Assembly: GCA_039811165.1 (NCBI GenBank)
Contig: JBDHYC010000012.1
Span: forward strand, 19,090 to 83,089
Origin: Chitinophagaceae bacterium
GTDB taxonomy: Bacteria > Bacteroidota > Bacteroidia > Chitinophagales > Chitinophagaceae
Direction of reading: 5' to 3'
Length of the DNA: 64,000 nt
Shown here: positions 19,452 to 29,171 of the stretch, in pieces
Numbering within the stretch: position 1 is the stretch's first letter
Layout: each line of letters opens with the position of its first letter
Position numbers and translations under genes: made by a program
Notes under the pieces: model-generated
Databases searched by the model: none
The model's input: only the letters and a program-made list of their open reading frames with translations
What the model was told of the DNA's origin: nothing

Positions 19452-22400
19452 TTAATTGTTTTTTGAGGGAGAAATGTTGCCGAGGCGGTCAACTTCCTTC
19501 CATTTAATTTCGCCGAGCAGAGAAATTTCAAAATCTTCATCCTCAATCAGAAAATTCCAGTTGTTACGACTTAAACCCAAGAGAGGAACAGGATTCTTAT
19601 CATTGATTACTGAGGACTCAGTTTTGTATTCTTCAATTTGCAATTTGAGCCTTTCAGCAAGATCGGAAGACGAATGTTGTTTTATAAGTTCAATCCGTTT
19701 ATCGAAATCATAAAGACGTTTTTCGAAGTCTTTATTCCTATCTGATGTATTGTTTATGTTTTCATTGGGAGTAATTTCTGGAATATCAAACTGTTTTTCG
19801 AATGGGCTTAATATCTTGCTCTTAGTTTGTTTAATAGATTTATCAATGTCCCCCTTTGCTCTCGATTCTAGATGACATTGTAGCATTATTTTGTTTCCAG
19901 TATAATGAAATTGTGTAATTCTGTATAACCTTTTTATCTGAAACTCTATTTCATTTATCTTCTCAAGTTCCGTATCATCGTTTAAAACAAAGACTTTTTG
20001 CCCCACTTTTAAAAGTTTTTTATCAGCATAATGATTGTATTCTGGGTAATACTCGCTGATAAGCCGATCTATTTCAAATTTGCTATTCTTTTTATACATC
20101 TTACCCAAATCAGTGGAAGCTATTGGTATCATTATTCGTTCTATCTTATCGTTATTAACATGTTGCAAGAATGCTGCATAAGGTAAGGAGCCGGCAGCTG
20201 AATAATAATTATTTTTGTAGTCATGTTTTGATTGATAATTGATTCGTTGTTTGACAATTTTTCCTGCGGTAGTTCTTATCCGAACGTGCCGTATTTCATT
20301 GCCTTGATGATCTTTTGGTTTCAGAATATTCTGTTGTTTTGAAATCAACTCTTGTATATCATGGTCAACAATATCATTAATGTATTTTTTTGCATCTTCT
20401 AAACTTACTCTTTCGGCAAAGAAAAATTCGTCTTTCCCGGTTTTAAATTTCCACTTTCCATCGTAAGTTCTTATTGGCTTATGTTGTTCATCCCGCTCAA
20501 CGTCTTTTAATTTAGCCAAAAATGTTTGCTTATAAAGTGTTGTTCGGATACTGTCACCTTTTGCAATTTTAGAAATTTTGCTTCCATTTTTGTCCAAAAC
20601 GTAATGCCCATTTATATCTTTTAAATAAACAAGCCTCCCTCTGCTACGAACAGTTTTATAAGTCCGTTTTAATATTTTATCTTTTTGGTAGTTTACTATC
20701 AACACCGAGTTTTCAATACTTTGTATTAATGCCTGGGAATTGAAGTTTTCGTATGGCATAACGGTAAACTGTCCTTTTTTTTGTTCCTGCCATTCATACA
20801 TAATTTTGAGCAAACGTTCCCGGTAACTAGCGTTGGTTGGTATCAAAGTTAGTACCGCAGCATCAATGGCATGGTGGGTATGCTTATTACGGTTTTTAAT
20901 TTCATCTTCTTCCTGGAAGCCATATATTTTACGAAAATCGGCAGTGACAATTCCCTTTTGCACTTTTACTCTATTGCTATATACTTTCTTTTCAAATGAT
21001 TCATTTTTGGTGGATTTGAAATATGTGCTTAAAAATTCCCGGGCATATTTTGAAATCATTTGTGTATCGGTGAGCTGTCTGCGAACCCAACTTTCTTTAA
21101 TTTCCTCGCAGGTAAAACGCTCTATTTTATCTGTCCAGTAGTCGAGGTGCATTTTGAAGTAGAGCTTGCTTTGGATGCGTTTATTTTTGTTTTCTTCGTC
21201 TTCCCCCGGTTTAGCTTTTTTATTCTCTTCATATAGTGTTTCGTAATGCTCTTTCAGTTCAATCCAGTTTTTAAGTCTTGGCTCAATGGCAGTACCCCAG
21301 CCCTCTTTATCTTTTGAGTAATTATCACATTGAGTTGGAAATTGGTTTTTCTTTTTATCACGATTATACCTGGCATAGCACACGGTTTGATTAGCCATGG
21401 TATTATCTGGTAATAAACTGCGGGGAATAGTGTGTTCAATATCAATTTCATTGGAAAATAGCTGGGTAATAGAAATCATTTTACCGGTGTACATGCACAT
21501 ACCTTTCTGCTCCATCCAAAGCTCATAGCGTTTTACCGCATCTTTTTGTTTAAGTATGTAGTCCCTTGTAGGTATCTCTTTCTCCTTTCCACTCTTTTCA
21601 TCTTTTATTTTGGTATTACCCAATATCTGTTCATTCCATAACTCAAAGTCTGCTATCCGATCATCTATGGTAATTTGAATATTTTCTTTTACTTTAAATT
21701 CTTCTAAAAACTTTCGAAAGAGGTCTCTTTTATTTTCACGATCTCGCTGATATCTCTCTATAGCAATTCGTTTGTTGTTATCATTCAATTCTCGGGCTAC
21801 TTCGATAACAATTTCAGTTTCTTCATCAATCTCGTCTTTTAATATCAATTCATTTAATAACTTCCTTAAAACGCAGAGAGCTTTATTAAACATTGGATTT
21901 TTAATACTGTCAATGAGTGGCACTGCAAGGATTTTCTTACTAGTATTTTTATCAATGATAGGAGGCTTGTATTTATTCTTCTGTTTGGAGTGGTGATATA
22001 ATAAGGTTGTATCAATGTTTACTTTCTGTTTCTTAAATTCTTTTTGAAGGATTTCATCCAGAGTAGGTGGCTGACAATAAGATCGTGTAGCATCTTCAAA
22101 AAATTGCTGGTAATGGCTTTTTACTGCATCAAAAAAAATATTTTTTTCGTCCTCGGATTTAGTATTCCATGTTTTTTCGCCAAAATGTTTGGTACAGGCA
22201 TTCTGTATATCATTCTCATCATCTTTTTGTAAACGATATGTTGTGTCTTTATAAGCAAACTTTTCACGGTTTTCTAAGCCTTTCCAGGCATCTATAAGGC
22301 TATTTGAAATGGTAGCGATAGTTTTGTCCCGGTTGTAAGCTGAATTAGCTTCTTTTATAGCAAGAAAGATATTTTCTTTTTCACTTTCCCAATTTTGACC

Positions 22401-22802
22401 AAGTAATTCAGGCATTTTTGCTAACAGTACAGCTTCATTATATAGATGACCTTTGCTTAAGAATGGGATAATTTTACTAATTGCTTTTATACTTAAATCT
22501 GAGAAGGATGAACCAATACTTTTCTTCAATTCAACGAACGGGTTATATATTTTTCCTTTTTTTGTTGTCTCATCTGGTATCATTAATTTTTGAACGGAAA
22601 AATATTTCAGGTAGGGTTCATCAAAACTGTAGAGTGCATGCCACAAATCAAGAACCGAGTATTTCTTAGCGATTATTTTAGGTGCTATTTGATGTTTAGT
22701 ATCATTTTTTGCAGCACCGCCAATTATATAATTATGTAATTGATTTAATTGCGTTTCAATTATTTCTCCAAAAATATCAATCAACCCTTTGCAAATTGGC
22801 AT
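19452..22802 (-). CDS. cas9: Cas9, C-terminal 1116-aa fragment (REC remainder, RuvC-II, HNH, RuvC-III, PI domain)
   Basis: It carries RuvC-II IVIEVAREL, HNH IDIEHTIPRS...N and RuvC-III HHAIDAAV. This frame is actually open upstream to nt 22916, through the A12 tract. Confidence 0.95.
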   Translation of the reverse strand: MPICKGLIDIFGEIIETQLNQLHNYIIGGAAKNDTKHQIAPKIIAKKYSVLDLWHALYSFDEPYLKYFSVQKLMIPDETTKKGKIYNPFVELKKSIGSSFSDLSIKAISKIIPFLSKGHLYNEAVLLAKMPELLGQNWESEKENIFLAIKEANSAYNRDKTIATISNSLIDAWKGLENREKFAYKDTTYRLQKDDENDIQNACTKHFGEKTWNTKSEDEKNIFFDAVKSHYQQFFEDATRSYCQPPTLDEILQKEFKKQKVNIDTTLLYHHSKQKNKYKPPIIDKNTSKKILAVPLIDSIKNPMFNKALCVLRKLLNELILKDEIDEETEIVIEVARELNDNNKRIAIERYQRDRENKRDLFRKFLEEFKVKENIQITIDDRIADFELWNEQILGNTKIKDEKSGKEKEIPTRDYILKQKDAVKRYELWMEQKGMCMYTGKMISITQLFSNEIDIEHTIPRSLLPDNTMANQTVCYARYNRDKKKNQFPTQCDNYSKDKEGWGTAIEPRLKNWIELKEHYETLYEENKKAKPGEDEENKNKRIQSKLYFKMHLDYWTDKIERFTCEEIKESWVRRQLTDTQMISKYAREFLSTYFKSTKNESFEKKVYSNRVKVQKGIVTADFRKIYGFQEEDEIKNRNKHTHHAIDAAVLTLIPTNASYRERLLKIMYEWQEQKKGQFTVMPYENFNSQALIQSIENSVLIVNYQKDKILKRTYKTVRSRGRLVYLKDINGHYVLDKNGSKISKIAKGDSIRTTLYKQTFLAKLKDVERDEQHKPIRTYDGKWKFKTGKDEFFFAERVSLEDAKKYINDIVDHDIQELISKQQNILKPKDHQGNEIRHVRIRTTAGKIVKQRINYQSKHDYKNNYYSAAGSLPYAAFLQHVNNDKIERIMIPIASTDLGKMYKKNSKFEIDRLISEYYPEYNHYADKKLLKVGQKVFVLNDDTELEKINEIEFQIKRLYRITQFHYTGNKIMLQCHLESRAKGDIDKSIKQTKSKILSPFEKQFDIPEITPNENINNTSDRNKDFEKRLYDFDKRIELIKQHSSSDLAERLKLQIEEYKTESSVINDKNPVPLLGLSRNNWNFLIEDEDFEISLLGEIKWKEVDRLGNISPSKNN

Positions 22803-22888
22803 AGTAGCTGCTGAGTGATCGTCTTTATAGTTGTATTGGTGTTCATTTTTTAGCTGTTTGTCAAGAAACTTTTTAATATCAGCAAACT

Positions 22889-23896
22889 TTACATTTTTTT
22901 TTTTTGAAGGAAGAAATTAGTATAGAGTTTATCCTTAATTTCCTTTGGCAGAAATTCCATGCTACCTGGAGCATTATTGTATTTAATTGTATTGATAAAC
23001 TGCCAGGCTCTGGAGATTTCAAAAAGTGGATGAGATACCGGGCACCTGGGGCGATCTTTTTCTAAAGTACACCTACCAATATTTCCTTTTTGACTTCTTA
23101 AGGGGCGTTGCCAGATAATTGATTTCCAGAATTGTTGCACTAAAGAATCTTGATAAGTACCCATTGCATTACGGCTAATGTCAAATTCTTGGGCTTTGCA
23201 GAGCTTTTCCAGTTCAGCCCTGTATTCTTTGCGAAGCGGATATTGATTTCTTGCCCTTTTCCCCTTGTCTAAAAATTCTTTTTTCAGCGCTTCAGCAATG
23301 GTTCTATTATTTTGTAGTGCTTGTGCAAAACCGTCTGCTTCTCTTCTTTCCAATTGCTTTTTTGTTTCGATATCTTTTTTGGCTTCGTCAATATTGAGTT
23401 CATCTGTATCAGATTCTCCAATATTTTTGTAACCTCTCCTTTGCACTAAATGATAAAGTGCCCGTCCCAATTCTTGCTTACTTACTTTGTTATCTAAAGC
23501 GAAGACTCTTAATTCGTATGGATTTTTATAATTTCTGCCATTTTGATAAGTAAAATCGCATGCCAGCCATTTTTGAAATAACCCGTTTTCGGGAAATTTT
23601 TGTAACTGACCTTTTTTATAGTTGCTCCAAATTTCAAGCTCATTCTTTTGTAATGGAGTATAATCATTTTTAATAAGAACTTTGAGCAGCTCCCATTTTC
23701 TGTATTTACGTGCCTGTATTAATCTCCTTTTGGATCGAGCTTCTCTTCTTTCTTTAGCGGGGGAAGTATATCCTCCAGTACCTTTTACCATACCAGACTC
23801 AAAGGTTATCACGCCTGTTTTGATACTGTTATCTTCATTTCTTAGTGCCCATCCGATTGATGAACTTCCCAAGTCTAGACCCAAAATTTTGTTCAT
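22889..23896 (-). CDS. cas9: Cas9, N-terminal 335-aa fragment (RuvC-I, Arg-rich bridge helix, start of REC)
   Basis: It starts MNKILGLDLGSSSIGWAL (RuvC-I Asp) and carries the bridge helix RREARSKRRLIQARKYRK. It ends ...FFLQKKKM*, immediately after the A12 run (22894-22905). Confidence 0.95.
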   Translation of the reverse strand: MNKILGLDLGSSSIGWALRNEDNSIKTGVITFESGMVKGTGGYTSPAKERREARSKRRLIQARKYRKWELLKVLIKNDYTPLQKNELEIWSNYKKGQLQKFPENGLFQKWLACDFTYQNGRNYKNPYELRVFALDNKVSKQELGRALYHLVQRRGYKNIGESDTDELNIDEAKKDIETKKQLERREADGFAQALQNNRTIAEALKKEFLDKGKRARNQYPLRKEYRAELEKLCKAQEFDISRNAMGTYQDSLVQQFWKSIIWQRPLRSQKGNIGRCTLEKDRPRCPVSHPLFEISRAWQFINTIKYNNAPGSMEFLPKEIKDKLYTNFFLQKKKM

Positions 23897-23931
23897 AATA
23901 TTTTAAGTTTTAAAATTCTTCATATATTTAT

Positions 23932-24022
23932 ACCGAAAGACAAATCACAACAAGGCTATAAGCCGCAGATTTACTTTCTGAGCGACTGCTTGAATAAAAT
24001 CGGTAGTCGCTAATTTTTTTTT
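23932..24022 (+). ncRNA. tracrRNA: tracrRNA (predicted), divergent from cas9
   Basis: The anti-repeat GAAAGaCAAATCACAAC (23934-23950) is complementary to repeat positions 1-16 with one bulged A. It is followed directly by the nexus-like AAGGCTATAAGCCG (GGCT/AGCC hairpin, 23952-23965). The terminator stem is AGCGACTGC(23981-23989)/GGTAGTCGCT(24002-24011) plus T9. The 5' end is approximate. Confidence 0.85.
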
Positions 24023-24176
24023 GAATACTATCTCTTTGCAGAACCATTCAGCTTTTAACAGGGAGCAGGAAGGATAATAAATATAGGCAATTTAAAGTTT
24101 TTGCTAAAGAAAAAAAATGATTATTCTTTGCAATGGCAATGCTTTTATAGAGGAATTTGTTGGTGAAAGATATGAT

Positions 24177-24689
24177 TCAATCAAATTGATTCTCCCAACC
24201 TTCTTTCTTTAGCTTCTCCACTTTTTCTATTACCTCGTTGTTAAGAGAGTTTTTATAAATAGCAATCTTTTGGGAGATGGTTTCATCGGAAGCACCGAGT
24301 ATTTCAGCAGCCAGTATTCCTGCATTTTTTGCTGCATTGAGTGCAACGGTGGCAACAGGTACACCATTGGGCATTTGGAGAATGGAAAGCACCGAATCCC
24401 AACCGTCAATGGAATTGGAAGATTTAATGGGAACACCAATTACCGGCAAAGTGGTTACCGATGCTACCATACCGGGAAGATGGGCAGCACCACCGGCTCC
24501 TGCAATGATTACTTTCAATCCTCTTTCTTTTGCTTTTTGGGCATAGTCCACCATCCGGAGCGGAGTACGATGAGCAGATACCACCGTTACTTCATTAGGT
24601 ATATCAAATTGTTTTAAAATATCGGCAGCGGCTTGCATAATATTGAGATCGCTGTCGCTGCCCATGATGATGCCGACTAAAGGATTCAT
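24177..24689 (-). CDS. purE: N5-carboxyaminoimidazole ribonucleotide mutase
   Basis: 170 aa starting [11 protein letters not shown], with the SAHRTP motif and GGAAHLPG. Confidence 0.95.
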   Translation of the reverse strand: MNPLVGIIMGSDSDLNIMQAAADILKQFDIPNEVTVVSAHRTPLRMVDYAQKAKERGLKVIIAGAGGAAHLPGMVASVTTLPVIGVPIKSSNSIDGWDSVLSILQMPNGVPVATVALNAAKNAGILAAEILGASDETISQKIAIYKNSLNNEVIEKVEKLKKEGWENQFD

Positions 24690-24712
24690 GGCGCAAAGAA
24701 ACAGTAAAAAAA

Positions 24713-26029
24713 TTACTTTACTAAGTCTCCTTTTAAACTTAATAATTGAGTTTCTGCAAGTTTAGTATTGTAGCGGGCAGAAATGAGGCGGGTATATGCG
24801 TTTTCCAGGCTTCTTTGTGCTTCACGAAGTTGTAACAGCGTTGCTGCCCCTAATTTATAGGTTTGAAAAACAATATCAACGTTTTCTTTTGCAAGTAAGA
24901 TATTGGATTCTTCCAGGGCTAGCTCTTTTTTTTGTTGCTCGTAATTTTTAAAGGCTGTGAGAACACTTAAATTGATCTGCGATCTCTGATTTTCATAAAT
25001 TAATTCCTGGTATTGTATATCAAGTTTCGCTTGTTGAACAAGACGCTTTGTATTAAAGTTGTTGAAAATGGGAATAGTAGCTGTGATGCCGTAATTAAAT
25101 CCGCTTGATCTGTTATAGAGGGTTGAAAAAGAATTGATGACGGCCTGGTTTTTATTGCGGTTAAAATTATAAGCGGAATTCAGGGAAACTGTTGGAAAAC
25201 CGAGGGCCTTTGTTTCCTTTAATGTCAGGTTGGAGATATCAACGTTTTTTTTCAAAGTCAGAAGTAAAGGATTGCTTTTGTCAATACCTGTTTGAATTTC
25301 TCCAAGGCTAATGTCTTTATTAAGGGGGATGGTATCACTTACCTCAAATATAGTTTCGGCTGTAATGTTCATCACCTGGCTCAATTGATCTTTCAATTGG
25401 CTGATCAGGGTTTGCTGGCTGAGTTGTGCAGCTTTCTGGGCATTCAGGTCCACTTTACTTTGCAGCACATCCGGCTTTGCCCCTGATCCGATATCCAGTT
25501 TATATTGGGCAAGTTTTACCTGCTCTTCATTAATAGCCATCTGTTCTTCAATAGCTTTCAGTTGTTGTTTTTGCCTTACGATATTATAATAGATGGTAAT
25601 CACATTAGCCACTGTATTTACCAACTGGGTTTTTATTCCAAGCTCTCCCAGTTTTAAATACTCTGCTGCTTTATCTCTTGTGGCAAACATTTTTAATCCG
25701 TCGAACAAAGTCCAGTTTAATGCAAGGCTGGCAGCAATATTGTTCGACCGTAACCCGCTGCTTTCCCTTTTGGTACCGTCAAACAGGATTTGTTTTGTAC
25801 TGTTATTATTCCATGTTGTTCCCAGGTTACCGTTCAGCCTTGGTAGAAAAGCTGCATTTCGATAGGAATAGTTTAACGCAGCAACCAGGGAATCATTTTT
25901 TGACAATTGGATATCATAATTGTTTTGTAATGCAGTGGCAACTGCTTCTTCAATAGTTAGCAACCGTTGTGCCGGTACAGTGATGGCTGTAAATAGTAAG
26001 CCTGTCAGTATGATTGTAAATTTTCTCAT
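24713..26029 (-). CDS. TolC-family outer membrane efflux protein
   Basis: 438 aa with a signal peptide and the duplicated coiled-coil/OEP architecture. It lies adjacent to the RND pump. Confidence 0.85.
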   Translation of the reverse strand: MRKFTIILTGLLFTAITVPAQRLLTIEEAVATALQNNYDIQLSKNDSLVAALNYSYRNAAFLPRLNGNLGTTWNNNSTKQILFDGTKRESSGLRSNNIAASLALNWTLFDGLKMFATRDKAAEYLKLGELGIKTQLVNTVANVITIYYNIVRQKQQLKAIEEQMAINEEQVKLAQYKLDIGSGAKPDVLQSKVDLNAQKAAQLSQQTLISQLKDQLSQVMNITAETIFEVSDTIPLNKDISLGEIQTGIDKSNPLLLTLKKNVDISNLTLKETKALGFPTVSLNSAYNFNRNKNQAVINSFSTLYNRSSGFNYGITATIPIFNNFNTKRLVQQAKLDIQYQELIYENQRSQINLSVLTAFKNYEQQKKELALEESNILLAKENVDIVFQTYKLGAATLLQLREAQRSLENAYTRLISARYNTKLAETQLLSLKGDLVK

Positions 26030-26034
26030 TTCAA

Positions 26035-29000
26035 TTATTCCAATGAATGTTGGGTTGGATGTTGAGCCTGCTGATCCATTAATTCCAGTTCATTTTTTTT
26101 CTTACTTAAAGAAAGGAATGAGTACATGGCAGGTATTACAAATAATGTCAGCACTAATGAAAACATGATTCCCCCAACTATGACAATGCCCAAAGGTATC
26201 CTGCTGGTTGCAGCATCACCAATGGAAAGGGCAATCGGCAAGGCACCTAAGGCCATGGCAAGGCTTGTCATCAGGATGGGACGTAATCTTTTCTCTGCTG
26301 CGTAGATCACGGCTTCTGTTTTTTTCATGCCTTTGTTGAGCCGGTTCTGATTGGCAAACTCCACAATCAATATTCCGTTTTTCGTTACCAATCCAATCAA
26401 CATAATCATACCGATCTCGGAAAAGATATTCAGGGTTTGGCCAAACAGCCAAAGGGATAATACGGCTCCCGCAATGGCAAGTGGAACGGTAAGCATAATA
26501 ATGAATGGATCAACAAAACTTTCAAACTGGGCGGCCAGGATCAGGAAGATTAACCCTAATGCCAGCAGGAAGGCAAAACTTGTATTGCTGGAACTTTCTG
26601 CATAATCTCTTGAAGAACCGGTAAGGGAAGTAACAAAAGTATCATCCAAAACCTTCTTCGATATCCGTCGCATTTCTTCAATGCCATCTCCAATAGTTTT
26701 TCCGGATTGAAGGCCTGATGAAATGGTAACTGATTTAAAACGGTTGAAGTGATAAATGTTGGATGGAGTGGTTGCTTCTTCAAAATTTACAAGATTGTCC
26801 AGGCTGATCATATTTCCTGAATTGCTGCGGACATAAATGTCTTTGAGGTCTGTAGGATCGTCACGATCGTCCCGTGATACCTGTCCTAAAACATCATACT
26901 GTTGACCATCCATAATGAAGTATCCAAGGCGGCGATTACTTAAAGACAAGTTTAAGGTTTGAGAGATGTCATCAATGTTTACTCCCAATTGGCTTGCCTT
27001 GAGCCTGTTCACACTAATCCGAAGTTCCGGCTTATTAAATTTCAAATCCACATCAACGCCCTGGAGAATGGAACTTTTGTTGGCTTCATCTAAAAATTCG
27101 GGAACAACTTTAGAGAGTTTGTCAAAGTTGTTGTTCTGAATGACAAATTGAACCGGTTGTCCTCCTCTCCGGTTGGTTTGTATGGTCTGATCTTCTGAAG
27201 CAAACACTCTGCCTTCCGTAAATTTCGAAAGATTCCGGTTGACCATTGCTACAATTTGCGATTGAGAACGTTTCCTTTCCTTAGGGTCAACCAGAGTAAC
27301 TCTTATCCAACCTGTATTGGAGGAGGCAGAGCCAAAACCCGGTGCTGTCATTGACATGACTGTTCGTTGCTCGGGGACGGAATCTAAAATAAAATTGGTT
27401 ACTTTATTTACAAAAGCATCAGTGTATTCAAACGATGCTCCTTCCGGTGCTGTAAGGTTTAAACGGAATTGACTGCGGTCTTCCATTGGAGCCAATTCTG
27501 ACTGCAGGTTGTTTCCAATAAAAAATATGATTCCCCCGCATACGAGAATGATCAGGAGTCCGAGCCAACGGAAATTCATAAATTTTTGTAATGACTTTCT
27601 ATAGCCTGTTTCCATTCCACGGAAAAAAGGTTCTGTTTTCCTGTAAAACCAGGATTGTTTTTGGAAATTCCTTGTAAGCTTTACATTCAATACCGGTGTT
27701 AGCGTTAAAGAAACAAAGGCTGAAATCAAAACGGCACCGGCCACAACGATACCAAATTCCCTGAAAAGCCTTCCAACAAATCCCTGGAGAAAAATGATCG
27801 GAAGAAATACAACAGCAAGAGTTAACGAGGTGGCAATGACGGCAAAATAAATTTCTTTAGATCCTTCCTTGGCAGCCTGCCATTTATTCATCCCCAACTC
27901 CAGCTTCTTATAAATATTTTCCGTCACAACAATTCCATCGTCAACCACCAACCCGGTGGCAAGTACAATAGCCAGCAACGACAATATATTAATGGTAAAT
28001 CCTGCGAGGTACATTATGAAAAAGGCGCCAATCAAACAAACAGGTATGTCAATCAATGGCCGGAGGGCAATGATCCAGTCACGGAAGAATAAATAGATAA
28101 TCAAAACGACAAGAACTAAAGCGATGATCAGGGTTTCTTCTACTTCGGAAATAGATTGTTTAATGTATTTGGTTTGATCCATCGTAATATTCAGCTTGAT
28201 ATCGTCAGGAACTTCTCTTTTCAATTCTTCAAGCCGTTTGTAAAATTCATCAGAGATGGCAACGTAATTCACTCCCGGTTGTGGGATGATTGCGAGAGCC
28301 ACCATGGGAGTGCCGCTTTCTTTCATACCTGTTTCCTCATTGGCAGGCCCTAATACAACGTCTGCAACATCTTTCAGGTGGATCGTACTTCCATCTTCAT
28401 CTTTCACGATAATGTTTTCGAATTCTTCTTCTGTACTTAACCTGCCGAATGTGCGGACCACCAGTTCTGTTTCATTGCCATAGATCTTTCCGCTGGGTAA
28501 TTCAATATTTTGTTTCAGTAAGGCATTCTGTACATCTGCAGGAGTGAGGTTGTAGGCAGTTAATTTTTTTGGATTGAACCAGATACGCATGGCATATCTT
28601 TTCTCGCCCCAAATCTGAATGCCGCTTACGCCGGGAATCGTTTGAAACCGTTCCACCAATACGTTATCGGCATACTGGCTTATTTGTAATTGATTCCTTG
28701 TTGTACTCTGAACCGTCATGGAAAGAATCGGGCTGGCACTGGCATCTGCTTTTGAAATCACCGGCGGCGCATCCAGGTCTTTTGGTAAAGAACGGGAAGC
28801 CGAAGAAACTTTATCTCTCACATCATTAGCTGCTGCTTCCAGGTCAACTCCTAATTCAAATTCCACGTTGATATTACTGCGCCCCTGGCTGCTGGAGGAT
28901 GTAATATTTTTAACTCCGGAAATACCATTGATAGCTTTTTCAAGAGGTTCGGTGATTTGTGTTTCAATAATATCCGGATTTGCGCCGCCATAAGAAGTGC

Positions 29001-29142
29001 TGACGCTGATATTGGGTGGATCAATGGCAGGATAATCCCGTACTCCTAAAAATTTAAAACCAATAATACCAAACACCACAATGATGATACTCATTACTGT
29101 GGCAAGCACCGGCCTTCTTAAACTTAATTCCGAAATATTCAT
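26035..29142 (-). CDS. RND efflux transporter permease (AcrB/HAE1 family)
   Basis: 1035 aa starting MNISELSLRRPVLATVMS, with 12-TM RND architecture and two large periplasmic loops. Confidence 0.93.
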   Translation of the reverse strand: MNISELSLRRPVLATVMSIIIVVFGIIGFKFLGVRDYPAIDPPNISVSTSYGGANPDIIETQITEPLEKAINGISGVKNITSSSSQGRSNINVEFELGVDLEAAANDVRDKVSSASRSLPKDLDAPPVISKADASASPILSMTVQSTTRNQLQISQYADNVLVERFQTIPGVSGIQIWGEKRYAMRIWFNPKKLTAYNLTPADVQNALLKQNIELPSGKIYGNETELVVRTFGRLSTEEEFENIIVKDEDGSTIHLKDVADVVLGPANEETGMKESGTPMVALAIIPQPGVNYVAISDEFYKRLEELKREVPDDIKLNITMDQTKYIKQSISEVEETLIIALVLVVLIIYLFFRDWIIALRPLIDIPVCLIGAFFIMYLAGFTINILSLLAIVLATGLVVDDGIVVTENIYKKLELGMNKWQAAKEGSKEIYFAVIATSLTLAVVFLPIIFLQGFVGRLFREFGIVVAGAVLISAFVSLTLTPVLNVKLTRNFQKQSWFYRKTEPFFRGMETGYRKSLQKFMNFRWLGLLIILVCGGIIFFIGNNLQSELAPMEDRSQFRLNLTAPEGASFEYTDAFVNKVTNFILDSVPEQRTVMSMTAPGFGSASSNTGWIRVTLVDPKERKRSQSQIVAMVNRNLSKFTEGRVFASEDQTIQTNRRGGQPVQFVIQNNNFDKLSKVVPEFLDEANKSSILQGVDVDLKFNKPELRISVNRLKASQLGVNIDDISQTLNLSLSNRRLGYFIMDGQQYDVLGQVSRDDRDDPTDLKDIYVRSNSGNMISLDNLVNFEEATTPSNIYHFNRFKSVTISSGLQSGKTIGDGIEEMRRISKKVLDDTFVTSLTGSSRDYAESSSNTSFAFLLALGLIFLILAAQFESFVDPFIIMLTVPLAIAGAVLSLWLFGQTLNIFSEIGMIMLIGLVTKNGILIVEFANQNRLNKGMKKTEAVIYAAEKRLRPILMTSLAMALGALPIALSIGDAATSRIPLGIVIVGGIMFSLVLTLFVIPAMYSFLSLSKKKNELELMDQQAQHPTQHSLE

Positions 29143-29171
29143 TTTCCTCTGAATGTTCTAAAAAAAATTAA

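Noticed and set aside
22803-22916. The two cas9 pieces as two deliberately separate genes with their own start
   Set aside because: The open frame upstream of the ATG at 22802 contains no ATG, GTG or TTG. The break coincides exactly with an A12 run. A single-nucleotide length change in that run is the simpler explanation; see the finding.
24230-24617. Three overlapping 69-115-aa ORFs on both strands within purE
   Set aside because: They are shadow ORFs of a highly conserved gene with no independent support. The same applies to the antisense ORFs inside pyrG, the GH127 gene, the RND pump gene, cas9, the PLC gene and the trp genes.
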